DNA of 63,791 nucleotides, filler included, from Octopus bimaculoides (GCF_001194135.2; 6 parts of 5 records of this genome joined end to end with filler, not necessarily neighbours in it), one strand, 5' to 3'; shown: positions 38,428 to 52,387, numbered from the whole stretch's first letter. Numbers and translations are program-made. The notes: generated from the letters alone by a model not told the origin.

Positions 38428-38819
38428 TACTCTTTTACTTGTTCCAGTCATTTTGACTGTGGCCATGCTGGAGCGCCGCCTTTATTCGACAAATAAATCC
38501 CAGGACTTATTCTTTGGAAGCCTAGTACTTATTTTATCCGTCTCTTTTGCTGAACCGCTAAGTTACGGGGACGTAAACACACCAGCATCGGTTGTCAAGC
38601 GATGTTGGGGGGACAAACACAAACATATACACACCCATACATATATACATATATACGAAGGGCTTCCTTTTAGTTTCCGTCTATCAAATCCACTCATAAG
38701 GCTTTGGTCGGCCTGAGGCTATAGTAGAAGACACTTGCCCAAAGTGCCACGCAGTGGAACTGAACCCGGAACCATGTGGCTGGTAAGCAAGTTACTTACC
38801 GCACAGCCACTCCTGCGCC
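38428..38819 (-). mobile_element. SINE-C, full length
   Basis: Collinear with 31283-31703. Confidence 0.92.
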
Positions 38820-38927
38820 TATGTATTTAAGTTAGCAATTGCACTTATGAACGCACGCATATACGCACAAACAGCATAAATTCATACACACACATGCACA
38901 TGCATAGAAAAATAGAAACATATATAA

Positions 38928-38990
<63 letters not shown>

Positions 38991-39042
38991 CATATATATA
39001 TACTCGTACCCATACCTAAACAGGTATATCTTTTTGATCTTC

Positions 39043-39419
39043 TATCCTTTACTTATTTCAGTCATTAGACTGCGGCCATGCTGGAGCACCGCCTTGAAGA
39101 ATTTTAGTCGAACGAATCGACCCCAGTACTTATATTTTTTCAATCCTGGTACTTATTCGATCGGATTTCTTTTGCTGAACCGCTAGTTTATGGAGAGGTA
39201 AACGCACCAACACCGGTTGTCATGTGGTGGTGGCGGACAAACATATACACAGAGACACACAAACATAGATATACATGTATACATGTATACATGTATCCAT
39301 GTATTCAGTTTCTGTCTACAAATTCACACACAAGGTTTTGGTCGGCCCGAGATAGAAAACACTTACCCAAGGTGCCACACAGCGTGATTGAACCCGAAAC
39401 CATGTGGTTGGGAAGCAAA
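39043..39419 (-). mobile_element. SINE-C, older or variant copy
   Basis: Same architecture, more diverged. Confidence 0.8.
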
Positions 39420-39473
39420 TATCTATCTATCTATCTATCTATATCGGTCTTGTTCAATTTATTCCATACATAT

Positions 39474-39515
<42 letters not shown>

Positions 39516-39748
39516 NNNNNNNNNNNNNNNNNNNNNNNNNNNNNNNNNNNNNNNNNNNNTTAATTAATTAANNNNNNNNNNNNNNNNNNNNNNNNNNNNN
39601 NNNNNNNNNNNNNNNTACATCAGATGTGCCATCAAAACTCTTGATTGGACCATGTCAGGTGGGGGAGAAGAGCCATGCGAGGAACGTGAAAATCACGGTG
39701 GTGCACCGGCATGACCGCAGCCACTTGGCTGAAACACATAAATAAATA

Positions 39749-39788
<40 letters not shown>

Positions 39789-39869
39789 TTTACTACTTTC
39801 AGCTTGAGAGATGCGGTCATGCTGAGGCACCACTGTTAGCTTTGCAAAATTTTCACTAAACCTCTGCTA

Positions 39870-40365
39870 TTTGGCATTTGGTGAATTAATCAATTTGAAG
39901 TTGCTGCCCTCATCTGTGTTTCTTGCCGCGATTTAGGTTCGTCCGGAACTCTTGACATTAGGAGATCAACTTTTGTTCTAAAGACGCCTACATCCACTCA
40001 AGCTTTGTGAGAGGATATTGAAGAACTATGGTCCCTTGAAACCCAGGCTGTTGCAGTATTTGGTTCTGTATCCTGATGGCAATGTTGATATTTTCTGTAC
40101 TATGCAATGGAAACTCCGTTTTGCTATTTGTGTAGCTTACATTGCCAAAGTTAGGTGCAACATGTGGGAATTTCCAGATGTATATCACTGCATATCATTC
40201 CCGCCTTCGTTCTAGAGTGTTGAGTCTTAACTTTCCCAGCATAACCCGTTAGTTCCTGGTTGCAATGGCTGGGTCGACATCGTGGCGCATGACTAAACAT
40301 GTACATTTTCCGCTGGAGGAGCCCTTCACTCTCCAGGTCCAAGTACATTAAATTTCTTACACAAA
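39870..40365 (-). mobile_element. CR1-type LINE 3' ORF2 fragment
   Basis: LERRRE*YAVIYIWK...PNFG...YCNSLGFKGP...VPDEP; frameshifted. Confidence 0.75.
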
Positions 40366-40548
40366 AATCCAAATCACGTTGTAATTGCTCCGAATATACA
40401 CTACTTTAAAACGCACACACATACACACACACTTACACACACATACACACACTCACACACTCGTACACACGCAGGCTTACCCATCAGGTACAAATATAGA
40501 CCACACACGCACGCTTACACGCCACATACGCAGATAAACCACACACAT

Positions 40549-40593
<45 letters not shown>

Positions 40594-41659
40594 ACATATG
40601 TGTTTATATGTGTGCGGTTGCTTACATATGCATGTGTTTGTGAAATATGCTTGATAGTCAACAACATATTAATATGTATTAATGTGCGTCGCAACAAATA
40701 AAATAAACATGATAATTTAATACTTCGTGAATGCATATTTCTCTGAACATGTACTGTAGTTTATACACAGGATAAAATAAAGGATTAGATATGCAAAGAA
40801 CAGTCCGTTGCCTTATCATAGATATATTGTGCCTATCTTTCAATGAATAAGCGATCTTATTCCCTTCATTTTGTGCGGAAAGGTTTCTGAATATTCTGCG
40901 TGCTTTACTAACATGCAGTCAATTCTCCTGTTTTGTCAATTTTAAATATGTCTGTACAAAAACGTCCTTGAATAGAGTCGAAGCGGTTTCAAACATGTCG
41001 CTGGTATTTTACAAAATCTGATTCACTTCCCATTATGCTATATCATCTATTCTAATGCTTATAATCATGAATGTTATAAAATTCAATCACATCAAATCTA
41101 AAACAAACAAACACAGAAACAAACACGTAATAACTGACAAAGTTCGTTGATTTAGAATTAATAGCGATAAAAATGATTACCGCAGACATCAACAATAAAA
41201 AGAAGACGGAAATATATAAACGCATTGACAGTAAGTTGGCAGCAGATTTTTGTTGTCATTGTATTATGGTTTTGTTATTCGCTTTATGTAGTACTGCGAA
41301 CACTTTTGTATAAAAGCCCAAGCTAAACTATATTAGATAAAACTTTCAAGATAGAGACCATTAAGTAATTACTAACACAGGGGAATACACAAATTTACAA
41401 AATAGACAATATGCACATACAGACGCAATTACGCACACACTCACACACATACACGCAAATGCACATACATATGTATGTATCTATATATGTAAATATGTGT
41501 CTAAATGTGACTATAATTACACGATCACGCAATCAAAAACTCACCTGTCTCATACAAACGCAAACATATATATACTTACAAAAGAAAAACATACTTACAA
41601 GCATGTATATCTTTCTGCTCCTGGGTAACTGTACACACACACACATACATACTTGAATA

Positions 41660-41701
<42 letters not shown>

Positions 41702-41878
41702 TGCAGATATATAGATATATGTATATACATATATATNNNNNNNNNNNNNNNNNNNNNNNNNNNNNNNNNNNNNNNNNNNNTTAATTAATTAANNNNNNNN
41801 NNNNNNNNNNNNNNNNNNNNNNNNNNNNNNNNNNNNATATATATATGCACATGTATGTATGCATTTCTGTGTGTACAT

Positions 41879-41924
<46 letters not shown>

Positions 41925-43954
41925 CAGATGATGATGATGAGAAACAAACATTAATATTTAGATAATCTTTCTATTTTTAACATTCACTGAAAACATGACA
42001 TTTAAAAAATAAATTATTATTTCAGATAGCTATTTTGAAGTTGATGCTGTCTTGTAAGGAATTAAAATGTGAATCTTGTTACTTTTTATCCTCTCTATTA
42101 CTTTTTTCTACTTGCCTTGTCCAAATTCAAAATGTCAGTTTAAATGTAACGTTTTAGATTCACTGTGTTTTTTTTAACACTTCTACATAGCTGTTTGTTC
42201 ACACTGATAATGCTTAATAGTTGGCTCTTTTTAATTTCTAGTTTATTGCAATTATCCCATTAGCTTCTTGAATGCCGCCATAAAATACACCGATTATTAC
42301 AATTATGGCGTATAATGTTGTTCGGTTGTGAGAAAATGTTAAATATACACATCGTGAAGTGGAGATGGACAACAAAGGCACATTTAAGTACTAAATCATT
42401 AATTTGCTATAACTTATTTATTAGTTTGCTTTCGTTATTTTCTATTTGTCTTTAAAGATGGGTTTTCATGAAAAATTATATTCGAGTCGGCCGGGGAAAA
42501 AATTAAAGAATGAAAGTGAAAATTGTTTGAATTCAAAGTTTATTGGGTTTTTCATTTGCCACTTAGTTCAAAATTCACTGCAGTCTTATCCCTAATTTAT
42601 CTGTAATTAAACGTACACGTGGAATACGTCCATATACTATTGTCCAGCATCAGTATGTAACTAATTTCTCTAGCAAATAAGAAAGTATTTGCTTAAGTTC
42701 AGAACAAATCACAATGCCTTCAGAAATCCTTTCATCCATTTCCCCATTGATGCAAACTGAGTATTTAAGGTGAATTTTAAAAATCATTAATTTGAATAGG
42801 AGTAGAAGGTAAGGTTGAAACTATTAATGGCTTCAGTAAAACGAAATTTTGAGCCGTTTACTATATGATGGCTTATATCGCCCATTATCTATTAAAGGAA
42901 GTAGAAATATTTATCTAAATGATGCCAATGCTACTCTACCACAAATAACCATTCCAATAACAAGATGTCATATCGTGAAACTCATAGTTAATGAATCGCA
43001 TTCGTCTGATGAAATTTTGCTTTTGAACATATCCAAGTTTTTCCAATCTGTAAAAAATCTTTTTAAAATATACCTGAAATATACTACAATATGCAATATA
43101 TATATTTTCACAAATTTCTAAGAGCATCTTAGACAGTATTGCTCTCTGAATGTTTAAATCAGCTAATTAAAAATGATCGGAATGATGTTTACTTATATAG
43201 AGAAGAATGTTAAACCATGTGATTTTCTTCTCCATTCGAAAATAAGACCTAGTTGTGCACGTCGGTATTTCCGGTATTGTATAAATTGTGCACGTCGGTA
43301 ATTCCGGTATTGTATAAAATACGTACATCGTTCTGTTCCAAAAAATTCCGAGTAATTTCTACTTTATTAGTATGTGCCTGTTCATTGTAAAATGGTTATG
43401 AAGAGAAATACATTTCAATTCAGTTTAAGTCACTCCTTTTCTAATTTTGCATTTTTCTACATTTGTAGTATTTTTCTAACAATTCTAGTTTTATGGTGTG
43501 TTGTATAAAGTATTGCAATAGCTCATTTCAATGTGTACACAGTGAGCCTACCAAAGCGTGTTCTACTAATAAGTCCAATATAACAATTAGAGTCCTAAAT
43601 GATATTACTCAGTTCTACGGTATTATCTATAAATCACGTAAATTGATAATTTGTAGATTGTTCTCAGTCCTACATTGCTTGTGGTCTGTTGATGAGAAGG
43701 TTTGAGGTCTGTAATATATACTGGAAGTTACAATTTTGTTCGTAAGTGAGGCATTCTTTTAATGTTTCTTTCTTGGATGGTATAACGTATGTGTTCAGCT
43801 GCTCGATAATCGACTTGTGAAATATGACTAAAAATACCAGTATAATAAATAAATATATATATATATATATTTTTTCCTATTGTAGTTTCAGCCCATAGTT
43901 GTTGCCAATCTATGTATATAAATGTGAGTGTGTGTGTGTGTGTGTGTGTGTTGA

Positions 43955-44106
43955 TGTGTGCGTGGTAAATATCTTGCTTACGAACCACATGGTTCCGGGT
44001 TGAGTCCCTCTGCGTGGCACTTTGGGCGATTGTCTTCTACTATAGCCTCGGCCCGACCAAAGCCTTGTAAATGGATTTAGTAGACAGAAACTGAAAGAAG
44101 TCCGTC

Positions 44107-44185
<79 letters not shown>

Positions 44186-44403
44186 TGTGTGTGTATATGT
44201 TTGTGTATCTGTGTTTGTCCCCCCAAAATCGCTTGACAACAGATGCTGGTGTATTTACGTCCCCGTAACTTAGCGGCTCGGCAAAAAGAGATCGATAGAA
44301 TAAGTACTAGGCTTACAAAAAATAAGTCCTGGAGTCGCTTTGCTCGACTAAAGGTGGTGCACCAGGATGGCCACAGTCAAATGACTGAAATAAGTAAAAG
44401 AGT
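43955..44403 (+). mobile_element. SINE-C, full length
   Basis: Head, internal (TA)n(TATG)n and tail all present. Confidence 0.92.
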
Positions 44404-44699
44404 ATATATGTATGCAGACACACACATATATATATACACGCTTGTATGTATAAATACGTATAAGTATACATGTATATATGTATGAATATATACGTATATG
44501 TGTACATATATATGTTTGTATGTATAAAAAATATATAGATAACTACATTTAGATATACTCTTAATATATATATATATTGTTGTTTTTGGTTTCAAGTATA
44601 TATACTTCCATTTTCATGTGTGTATATCACTATATATATTTATTCAATCCACAGCTTACGCCAGCCCTTTATGTGAAACCACTTGTATAATTGATCTAG

Positions 44700-44830
44700 C
44701 AGACTGTCTTTTGTTATGTGTTCCTTGAAGCATTAACCAAAGTGTCTTATTCTTCCGATTCAACTGTGCTTTTTATGAAGAAAAACTCCATAAATAGCCC
44801 ACATTGTAGTTTTTTCCAATCATCTGATAT
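44700..44830 (-). mobile_element. Possible Penelope-like GIY-YIG endonuclease remnant
   Basis: One minus frame reads AIYGVFLHKKHS*IGRIRHFG*CFKEHI, resembling (G/A)IY-x9-YIG..R..RFKEH. Confidence 0.35.
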
Positions 44831-45112
44831 CGTCTTCAAATTTTTCTTTGCACATCTGTTGAAGCGGATGCAGAAGTCCATCTTAGTTACTGTTGCATAT
44901 ATTGTGCAGCAAAGTTGAACATAGTCTGGTGTTTATAAATCAGTGATACGTATTAAATTATAGCAATCTTGGATTTTTAATATTAAATGGTTGTGTATTA
45001 TTATTATACATTCTATCAATTTGTTGTTTTCTTGACATGGATCGACATATAATCTGGACTAATCTATATAGTCATGAAATTGGTTTGATCTATATCGTAA
45101 TATTACTGCTAC

Positions 45113-45166
<54 letters not shown>

Positions 45167-45289
45167 CTGCAGCAGCAGCAGCTGTGATCAGCCACAGCAG
45201 CTTGCGGTATTTCAAAATTTGTGGATGCAATACAGCAGTTGTAAATAATTGTGTTAATAACGCTCAGAAATATTAACATTAATTGTTTC

Positions 45290-46672
45290 TAATATTGACA
45301 CAAGAAAAACAATTCTGTGATGTAGCACGTTAACAGCGACGCTATTTATTTACTGGTACTATATTTTACATTCTCTCACCCCGCTTATATGGACGGTAAA
45401 ATTGTTGTCGGTGGCCTTCGCGATCAGAATGTGCAAAACCGCCAGAAAAACTACAAAATACTCTGAGGCGTTAAAATGCTTCTGTCAATAACAATATTGG
45501 TTTCAAATTTTGGTAGAGAGAGAGAGAGAGCAATTTCATGGGAAACTGTTAGTCGACGCAAGTGGTCGACATATTCTTATTTTATCGACCCTCAGTGTAT
45601 AAAAGGTAAAGTAGACCTTGGCGGGATTTAGACTCAGAGAGTAAAGATGGACGAATTGTAGTGAAGCATTTTGCCCCTCGTATTAAAAATTATACTTGCT
45701 TGCCGCATTTCTACTGATGTTAATGTATCTATTTTATTAAATGTAGCATCAAGACTGTTAAAAATCATCCTCTCTACAAAACGCACGAGATCTGACATTT
45801 TGTGGGAGGAGAAAGGTTGATTACATTGACCCTCAGTGTTTCACTGGTACCTAGTTTAACGACACTGAAATGATGAAAGGCAAAGTCGACCTCGGAGGAA
45901 TTTGAACCCACAGCGTAAAAACGGATGGGATGCCGCTAAGAATTTTGCCTGGTGAACTTACGATTCTGCTAGCTGGCCGCCTTAGAAACTGTCACTAATA
46001 ATACTTCTTCTATTATAAATATTATTACTACTAATGACAGATGAGCATTGGTTTCAAATTGTGTACAAGGCCAGCAGATTTTGAGAAGGTGTATGTTGAC
46101 TACATTACCCCTACTCTCAGCTGGTACTTTTTTTACCGGCCCCGAAACGATGAAAAAGTCGTCTTCGACGGCATATGAATCCTGAACTAAAAGCTGGTAG
46201 AAGCGTCGCTAAGTATTTTGCTCATTTTACTATCTCACCGCTTAAATAATCCTTTCTATTATAGGTATAATGCCTGATATTCCTGTGAGGGAAATAGTCG
46301 ATTACATCCACCCCAGTACTCGGCTGGTAGTTATTGTAACGACTCCGAAAGTTGACCTCTGTGGTATTCGAACCCAGAATGTGAAGACGGACGTATTACC
46401 GCCAAGCATTTTCCCCAGCATGCTAACAATTCTGACAGCTCGCAGCCATAATTTCTCCGCTTTAATAATGATAATAATTGTTTCTAATGAAGTAAAAAAA
46501 AATCTAGTAACTTTGTGAAGTGGAGGTGAGTCGTTTATATCGACCCTAGTATTTGACTTGTATTTTATTTTCTCGACCACAGAGAGATGAAAGTCATGAT
46601 ATCAGCGAGATTTAAACTAACGCTGAGCTTTTCGTCCAACGCTTTAACGATTCTGCCTGCTTGCCACTTTAA
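45290..46672 (-). mobile_element. Cluster of about six head-to-tail SINE-B copies
   Basis: Copies start at about 45290 (very degenerate), 45497, 45765, 46048, 46248 and 46475, all on the minus strand. Confidence 0.8.
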
Positions 46673-47553
46673 CAACACCAGCAATAAAAATAGTGATATT
46701 AATATTGCGAAGAAAAATGATTAAAATTCAATATCATGTTTAATCAAATATCAATAGTAATAAATACGAATATTTTTCTTTCGTCCTTATCTTTTCTTGT
46801 CTCACACATTTGTCTTTCGTTTTGTTTGTTATATTAACGTTTCATTTGCTGATGATGGAAACGATAATACAACAAGTGAAGATGGTGTTGCTTGTGTCGG
46901 TGGCAATATTAATGCCGACGAGGATGACCGTGATATTGCTGACGACAATGATGATGACTATTATGATGACGACGACGACGACAATAATTATGTTTATGTG
47001 TAAAATCCTTCGTTATTTGTTGTTGTCATCATCGTTGGTATCAAAAATGATGAAGTTGGTGAGACGATAATGGTGATGATGATTTCGCCGGTTCTGATGA
47101 CGACGATGATGGTGAAAACCATGCTGAAGGTTATTAGGTTGCACCGATGACGGCGACATTGATGATTACAATGACTATGATATTAATGATGGTGATGATA
47201 AATATGTTGATGGCTACGACGATAATGATGATAATTATGTATGAATTCCTACGTTCATTTCCCGTCGCGTTTCTTGTATGTTACGGCTTAATGAATATTT
47301 TTTCCTATTTCACTTGTTTACATTTGATTATGTAAACGTCTGGAGACATCGATTAATGTTTACATTCCACGTTGTGGTTTAGCGTTTATGTCTTCTTCAA
47401 TTAATTCTGTCTTCTATGATACGTTATCGTTGGCGTGTGTATGAAAGAAAGACGGAGAAATGGAGAGAAATTGTGCGTGTGTGCATGCTTGCGTAGTTGC
47501 CTGTGATTGAGCATTTGCTGGTATATGTATGTAAACGACTCGGAGCCGAATAC

Positions 47554-47938
47554 TTTGTTGGCACTCGGTCGATTACGACGTCGAGGGTTCCAGTTGACCC
47601 GATCAACGGAACAGCCTGCTCCTGAAATTAACGTGCAAGTGGCTGAGCACTCCACAGACACGTACACCCTTAACGTAGTTCTCGAGGATATTCAGCATGA
47701 CACAGTGTGACAAGGCTGGCCCCTTTTGAAATACAGGTACAACAGAAACAGGAAGATAGAGTGAGAGAAAGTTGTGGTGAAAGAATACAGCAGGGTTCGC
47801 CACCATCCCCTGCCGGAGCTTCGTGGAGCTTTAGGTGTTTTCGCTCAATAAACACTCGCAACGTCCGGTCTGGGAATGGAAACCACGATCCTATGACCGG
47901 CAGTCCGCTGCCCTAACCACTGGACCATTGCGCCTCCA
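47554..47938 (-). mobile_element. SINE-A, full length
   Basis: Collinear with the other SINE-A copies; 9-bp TSD GCCGAATAC (47545-47553 and 47942-47950). Confidence 0.92.
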
Positions 47939-48614
47939 CTGGCCGAATACTTAGGGTGAAACAAAAATGAAACGTCCAAAATGTGGTTGTCAGTTGCATA
48001 TTAGGTCCACTCGTGTGCATATTCCCATCATGCCAAAAATAAAAAAACAAGTTTCTCTGAAGTTAGTGGATAATGAGGACGAATGAAATTGGCCAGAAAG
48101 CACCAAAGTGTATATTAATGATGATAACGGCATTGAGAGACTTACATTATAGAACATTTTTAAAAAGTCAAATCGTTCGAGAGGTTAGCGTCAGTTATAC
48201 ACCACAAGCTTGATTGTCATGAATGGAGAGCTTTATATAAAGTAGTACAGGAGAGATGATTTAGTGATGAATACAGAACTAAAACAAGAAAAGGCAAATG
48301 CAGAAAGTGGTTTCCTACGTTGCCTATTTCGGCTGCTGGTGCTGCTGCTTCTGCTGGTTTATAACTATCTATCTACAAGAGAGAGAGAGAGAGTGAGTGA
48401 GGAGGATGCTGGTGTTTTTATACGATTAGGAATGTATTCAATTCATGTTTAAAAGTATATAGTAGAATCAAATTGCAATTATACGTGACATCGATTATCA
48501 TCTGAATTATCACCAGAAGATCCTGTGGCTAGGAACTTCTCTAGTTGTAACCTGGTGAACTGCATTTGAATATAAGTAAATAAGTTAAAGTTTAAGAAAA
48601 CTGAAATCATTTAT

Positions 48615-49051
48615 CTCTCTTTTACTCTTTACTCTATACTTTTTACTCTTTTAATTGTTTCAGTAATTTGACTGCGGCCATGCTGGTGCAGCGCCTTTAG
48701 TCGAGCAAATCGACCCCGCGACTTATTCTTTGTAACTTATTCTTATTACTTATTCTATCGGTCTTTTTTGCCGAACCACTAAGTTACAGGTACGTAAACA
48801 CACCAGCATCGGTTGCCAAGCGATGTTGGGGGGACAAACACTGACGCACAAACACACACACACACACATATATATATACATATACATATATACGACGGGC
48901 TTCTTTAAGTTTCCGTCTACCAAATCCACACACAAGGCTTTGGTCGGGCCGAGGCTATAGTAGAAGACACTCGCCCAAGGTGCCACGCAGTGGGACTGAA
49001 CCCGGAACCATGTGGTTGGTAGGCAAGCTACTTACCACACAGCCACTCCTG
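48615..49051 (-). mobile_element. SINE-C, full length
   Basis: Collinear with 31283-31703. Confidence 0.92.
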
Positions 49052-49579
49052 ATACATTATAAATGATACATTATAAATAACAATCAAATAATAATTTCAC
49101 TGATATATTACTCCCTGTTGTGGACTAATAAAGTTCTCTTGGCCTAAATCTTTCCTCTGAAAAAGAGAAGCTAAATCATAAAAGTTTTCAATAATTCTGC
49201 TTGTAAAGACTGAGTAAAACGTCCGAATTTTACATTATCAGAGTAAGCATAATTGTTACCTATTAGATACTCCCAAAGAATCAAACGTACAATCATTATA
49301 ATTACGTTATTTGTATTTCTTGTATATTTGTATAATATAAACACATGTATATGCAGGTGAGTTAATGGAAAACTTTAAGTAAAGACAAACTATCTCTTCG
49401 AAAAAATTTGAGTTAAAATGGCAAGTAAATTGTCATCGCATCCAAACCAATTTCTGTAAAAATGGTAAGACTCCATCTCATACTGCAATCTTCTCTTCGA
49501 AATAAAGATGGACTTTTTTTTAGAAATAATACATTTCTAAATCTCTCAGGGAGATTTATGCAGTAGTGATACGATGATG

Positions 49580-49767
49580 TAGTTGTATGCTGTCAACTTA
49601 ATGTGACAGTCCCCTGAATGGAATAATACTACTGTTGGTTAGGCCTAGGAAGCTGCACCGCTTCCTGTGTCAAGGCCGACGGGAAGCTGTGTAGCTTCCT
49701 AGGCCTAAACAACAGTAGTATTATTCCCTCCAGGGTACTGCCACATTAAATTGACGGCATACAGCTA
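49580..49767. mobile_element. 188-bp TA-flanked palindromic element (MITE-like)
   Basis: About 85-bp inverted arms (49580-49665 and 49682-49767) around a short spacer; TA at both ends. Confidence 0.8.
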
Positions 49768-50066
49768 AAGATGGACGTGTCATGATTTAAACAACTTGCC
49801 TCACGGATCTGCTCAATCAGTGATGATTGGAAGCTACAAGAGTTAGGCAACAAATATATGATAATTACATATAGATGCTTAATAGCTGTNNNNNNNNNNN
49901 NNNNNNNNNNNNNNNNNNNNNNNNNNNNNNNNNNNNNNNNNNNNNNNNNNNNNNNNNNNNNNNNNNNNNNNNNNNNNNNNNNNNNNNNNNNNNNNNNNNN
50001 NNNNNNNNNNNNNNNNNNNNNNNNNNNNNNNNNNNNNNNNNNNNNNNNNNNNNNNNNNNNNNNNNN

Positions 50067-50137
<71 letters not shown>

Positions 50138-50269
50138 TATATATATATATAAACATATAAACACAAATGCATTTGTACCAACAAAGATAAATACAATTAG
50201 TAGTACACACAAACATTAATTTATGATTTCTCTGTATTATGCATTGTTTCTATTTTAAGGATAGTGCAA

Positions 50270-50530
50270 AATATCCCTAGGACATCCTTTATTAAGAAAT
50301 CTTAACAGAACATCACCGTTTCCTTATTTCTTTATTGAATCGCTAAAATATGTTTTCCCGTTAAATGTAGGCCATGTTTGGCATTGCTTATATACTTTTT
50401 AGGGCTACTCAACCATATTATATTCTCCAATGGATCGATCTTATCACATTTATTCTGTACAATTCTTATCGACAACTCATTTGGTTTGTTTTTATGCCAA
50501 ATTCATGTTTTCTCTTTGTACCTTTTTGTT
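50270..50530 (-). mobile_element. Possible degenerate Penelope-like C-terminal fragment
   Basis: NELS..I......NIIW...K.Y......L.LT.KHIL loosely follows PLE endonuclease C-termini. Confidence 0.3.
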
Positions 50531-52342
50531 GTTATTTTATTTGTAATTGTTGTAATAATTTTTATTGTTGATATTTCTTTATCTTTTTTTATCTCTGTAT
50601 TGTTTGTATGATGTGTTTGTTCTTGGGATATTTGTAATGCTTAACGGATGTTCCATTTTCCTGAAATTGTCTCTTCTGTGAGAAATGTATTAAAAAAATC
50701 TGATTAGTTAGAGTGAGAGAGAATTATACATAGATAGAAAGGGTAATATATGAAAGTGTATGTTGGTGTGTATAAGGTGAGAGGGATACCTAAATATAGG
50801 GTGTATAGGAGTGCTGGTGGTGTATATTCAGCAACGAGAAAAAGAGAGGGAAACATTGTGAATGTTGCTGGAAAGTGAGACAGTATCACATGTTGTAAAG
50901 ATGCCGTTGTGTTTTTGTTTACACAATCACTGATATATGAGTGTGTGTGTGTGTCCGTATATGTATTTGTTTCCATATACGTGTATGTGTGTATATGTAG
51001 GTGCGATTTATATACATGTGTGTATACGTATACATATATATGCTTATATACATGTGTGTGTCTACATATACGTTTGTGTGTCTATGATATTTTCTTTATT
51101 TCTGAATTGAGGCTTAATTAAAAAAATAAAGAGATTATCTATCCACCAATGTGGGGTTGATCACTCATTCCCACCTTCTACACTTNNNNNNNNNNNNNNN
51201 NNNNNNNNNNNNNNNNNNNNNNNNNNNNNNNNNNNNNNNNNNNNNNNNNNNNNNNNNNNNNNNNNNNNNNNNNNNNNTATATATTTATATATATATAAAG
51301 TGTGTGTGTGTTTTTATCTATAAATGACACACACAGAGATTTGAGGAATGCGAAAATAAAGGTACACATTATTATTGTATGTTTCCAAATTATGTTACCG
51401 GTGAGATTGTACCGTTAAACCAATTCTGTGCGGTATTATCTTTTGTCAAAACTTTGTTTGAAGAAGCAATGTGAACGCAAAATCGTCTTAGGGATGATTT
51501 CAACTCAGAACTCGAATACAACTTACTAAATATCCCACTGCAATATTTAGTGGTGAACTTTTAGTAAGAATAGCATACACACAATGCCAGATTTCTGCGC
51601 AGTAGAATCAGCCATTCTAGTCAGTATATTTATCGACACCGGCAGGATATGGCCTGAAATTTATCCCGGGGAATATATCTGAAGTCATAACGTAAAAATC
51701 CCTTAACAAACAGCCAGCGTCCTAATAATAAATCACAATAATTTGGCGTTCGTTTTATGATTCTCTTTCTATCTTATTTGCCGCATAAGTTGTTGAACAA
51801 ATAGGTTGCCTTCTTAAAGCAGATATTGTCTTTCATTTCATAGATTGTTTTTTTTGGTTTTTGCCTTTCAGTATTACTGTAGATAATATTCTTCATTTGT
51901 AACAAATGCTCCTCGTCATTTAAAACGTTTTTCTTTACAGACGGTTTGGAATAATACAGAAAGCGTTGGCGAGTCAGGGAAGAAAAAATACATATGATAC
52001 ATTATTTTCCTTCTGTAAATAGCTTATCTGTTCAAAGAACATTAATATTTCCTCTGCACATATTTCATTATCATAAGTAAGAATCTATTGGCAAATCCCA
52101 AGGCATAGTTATACATAAAACGGAATCTATTATCATGAATTTATAGCAAAGTTTAACTAGTTGTATACAAACAAGACATGAATGCATAGATATATTATGC
52201 ATGCTGATATCTGTAATAAATACGCGGTTATTGTGTGTGAGTGTGCATGACTGAGGATTGAGTGAACAATTTTAAACGTAACAGTTTGATAATACGGACA
52301 GGCAAAGAAGTATAGATAGAAAAAACAAGAAAGTAGAAAAAT

Positions 52343-52387
<45 letters not shown>

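Noticed and set aside
43253-43318. 33-bp direct duplication (also 37-bp at 21269-21341)
   Set aside because: Two-copy slippage duplications with no spacers; not CRISPR-like or otherwise functional on present evidence.
43657-43741. Plus-strand exon candidate ending in GTAAGT (CSQSYIACGLL...)
   Set aside because: Poor acceptor, no recognisable protein, and the opposite strand looks like a decayed LINE endonuclease (YRP...).
44747-44925. 58-codon minus-strand open frame after a CAG acceptor (YVQLCCTIY...VESEE*) as a terminal exon
   Set aside because: Weak pyrimidine tract and no recognisable family; another frame of the same DNA resembles a decayed GIY-YIG domain.
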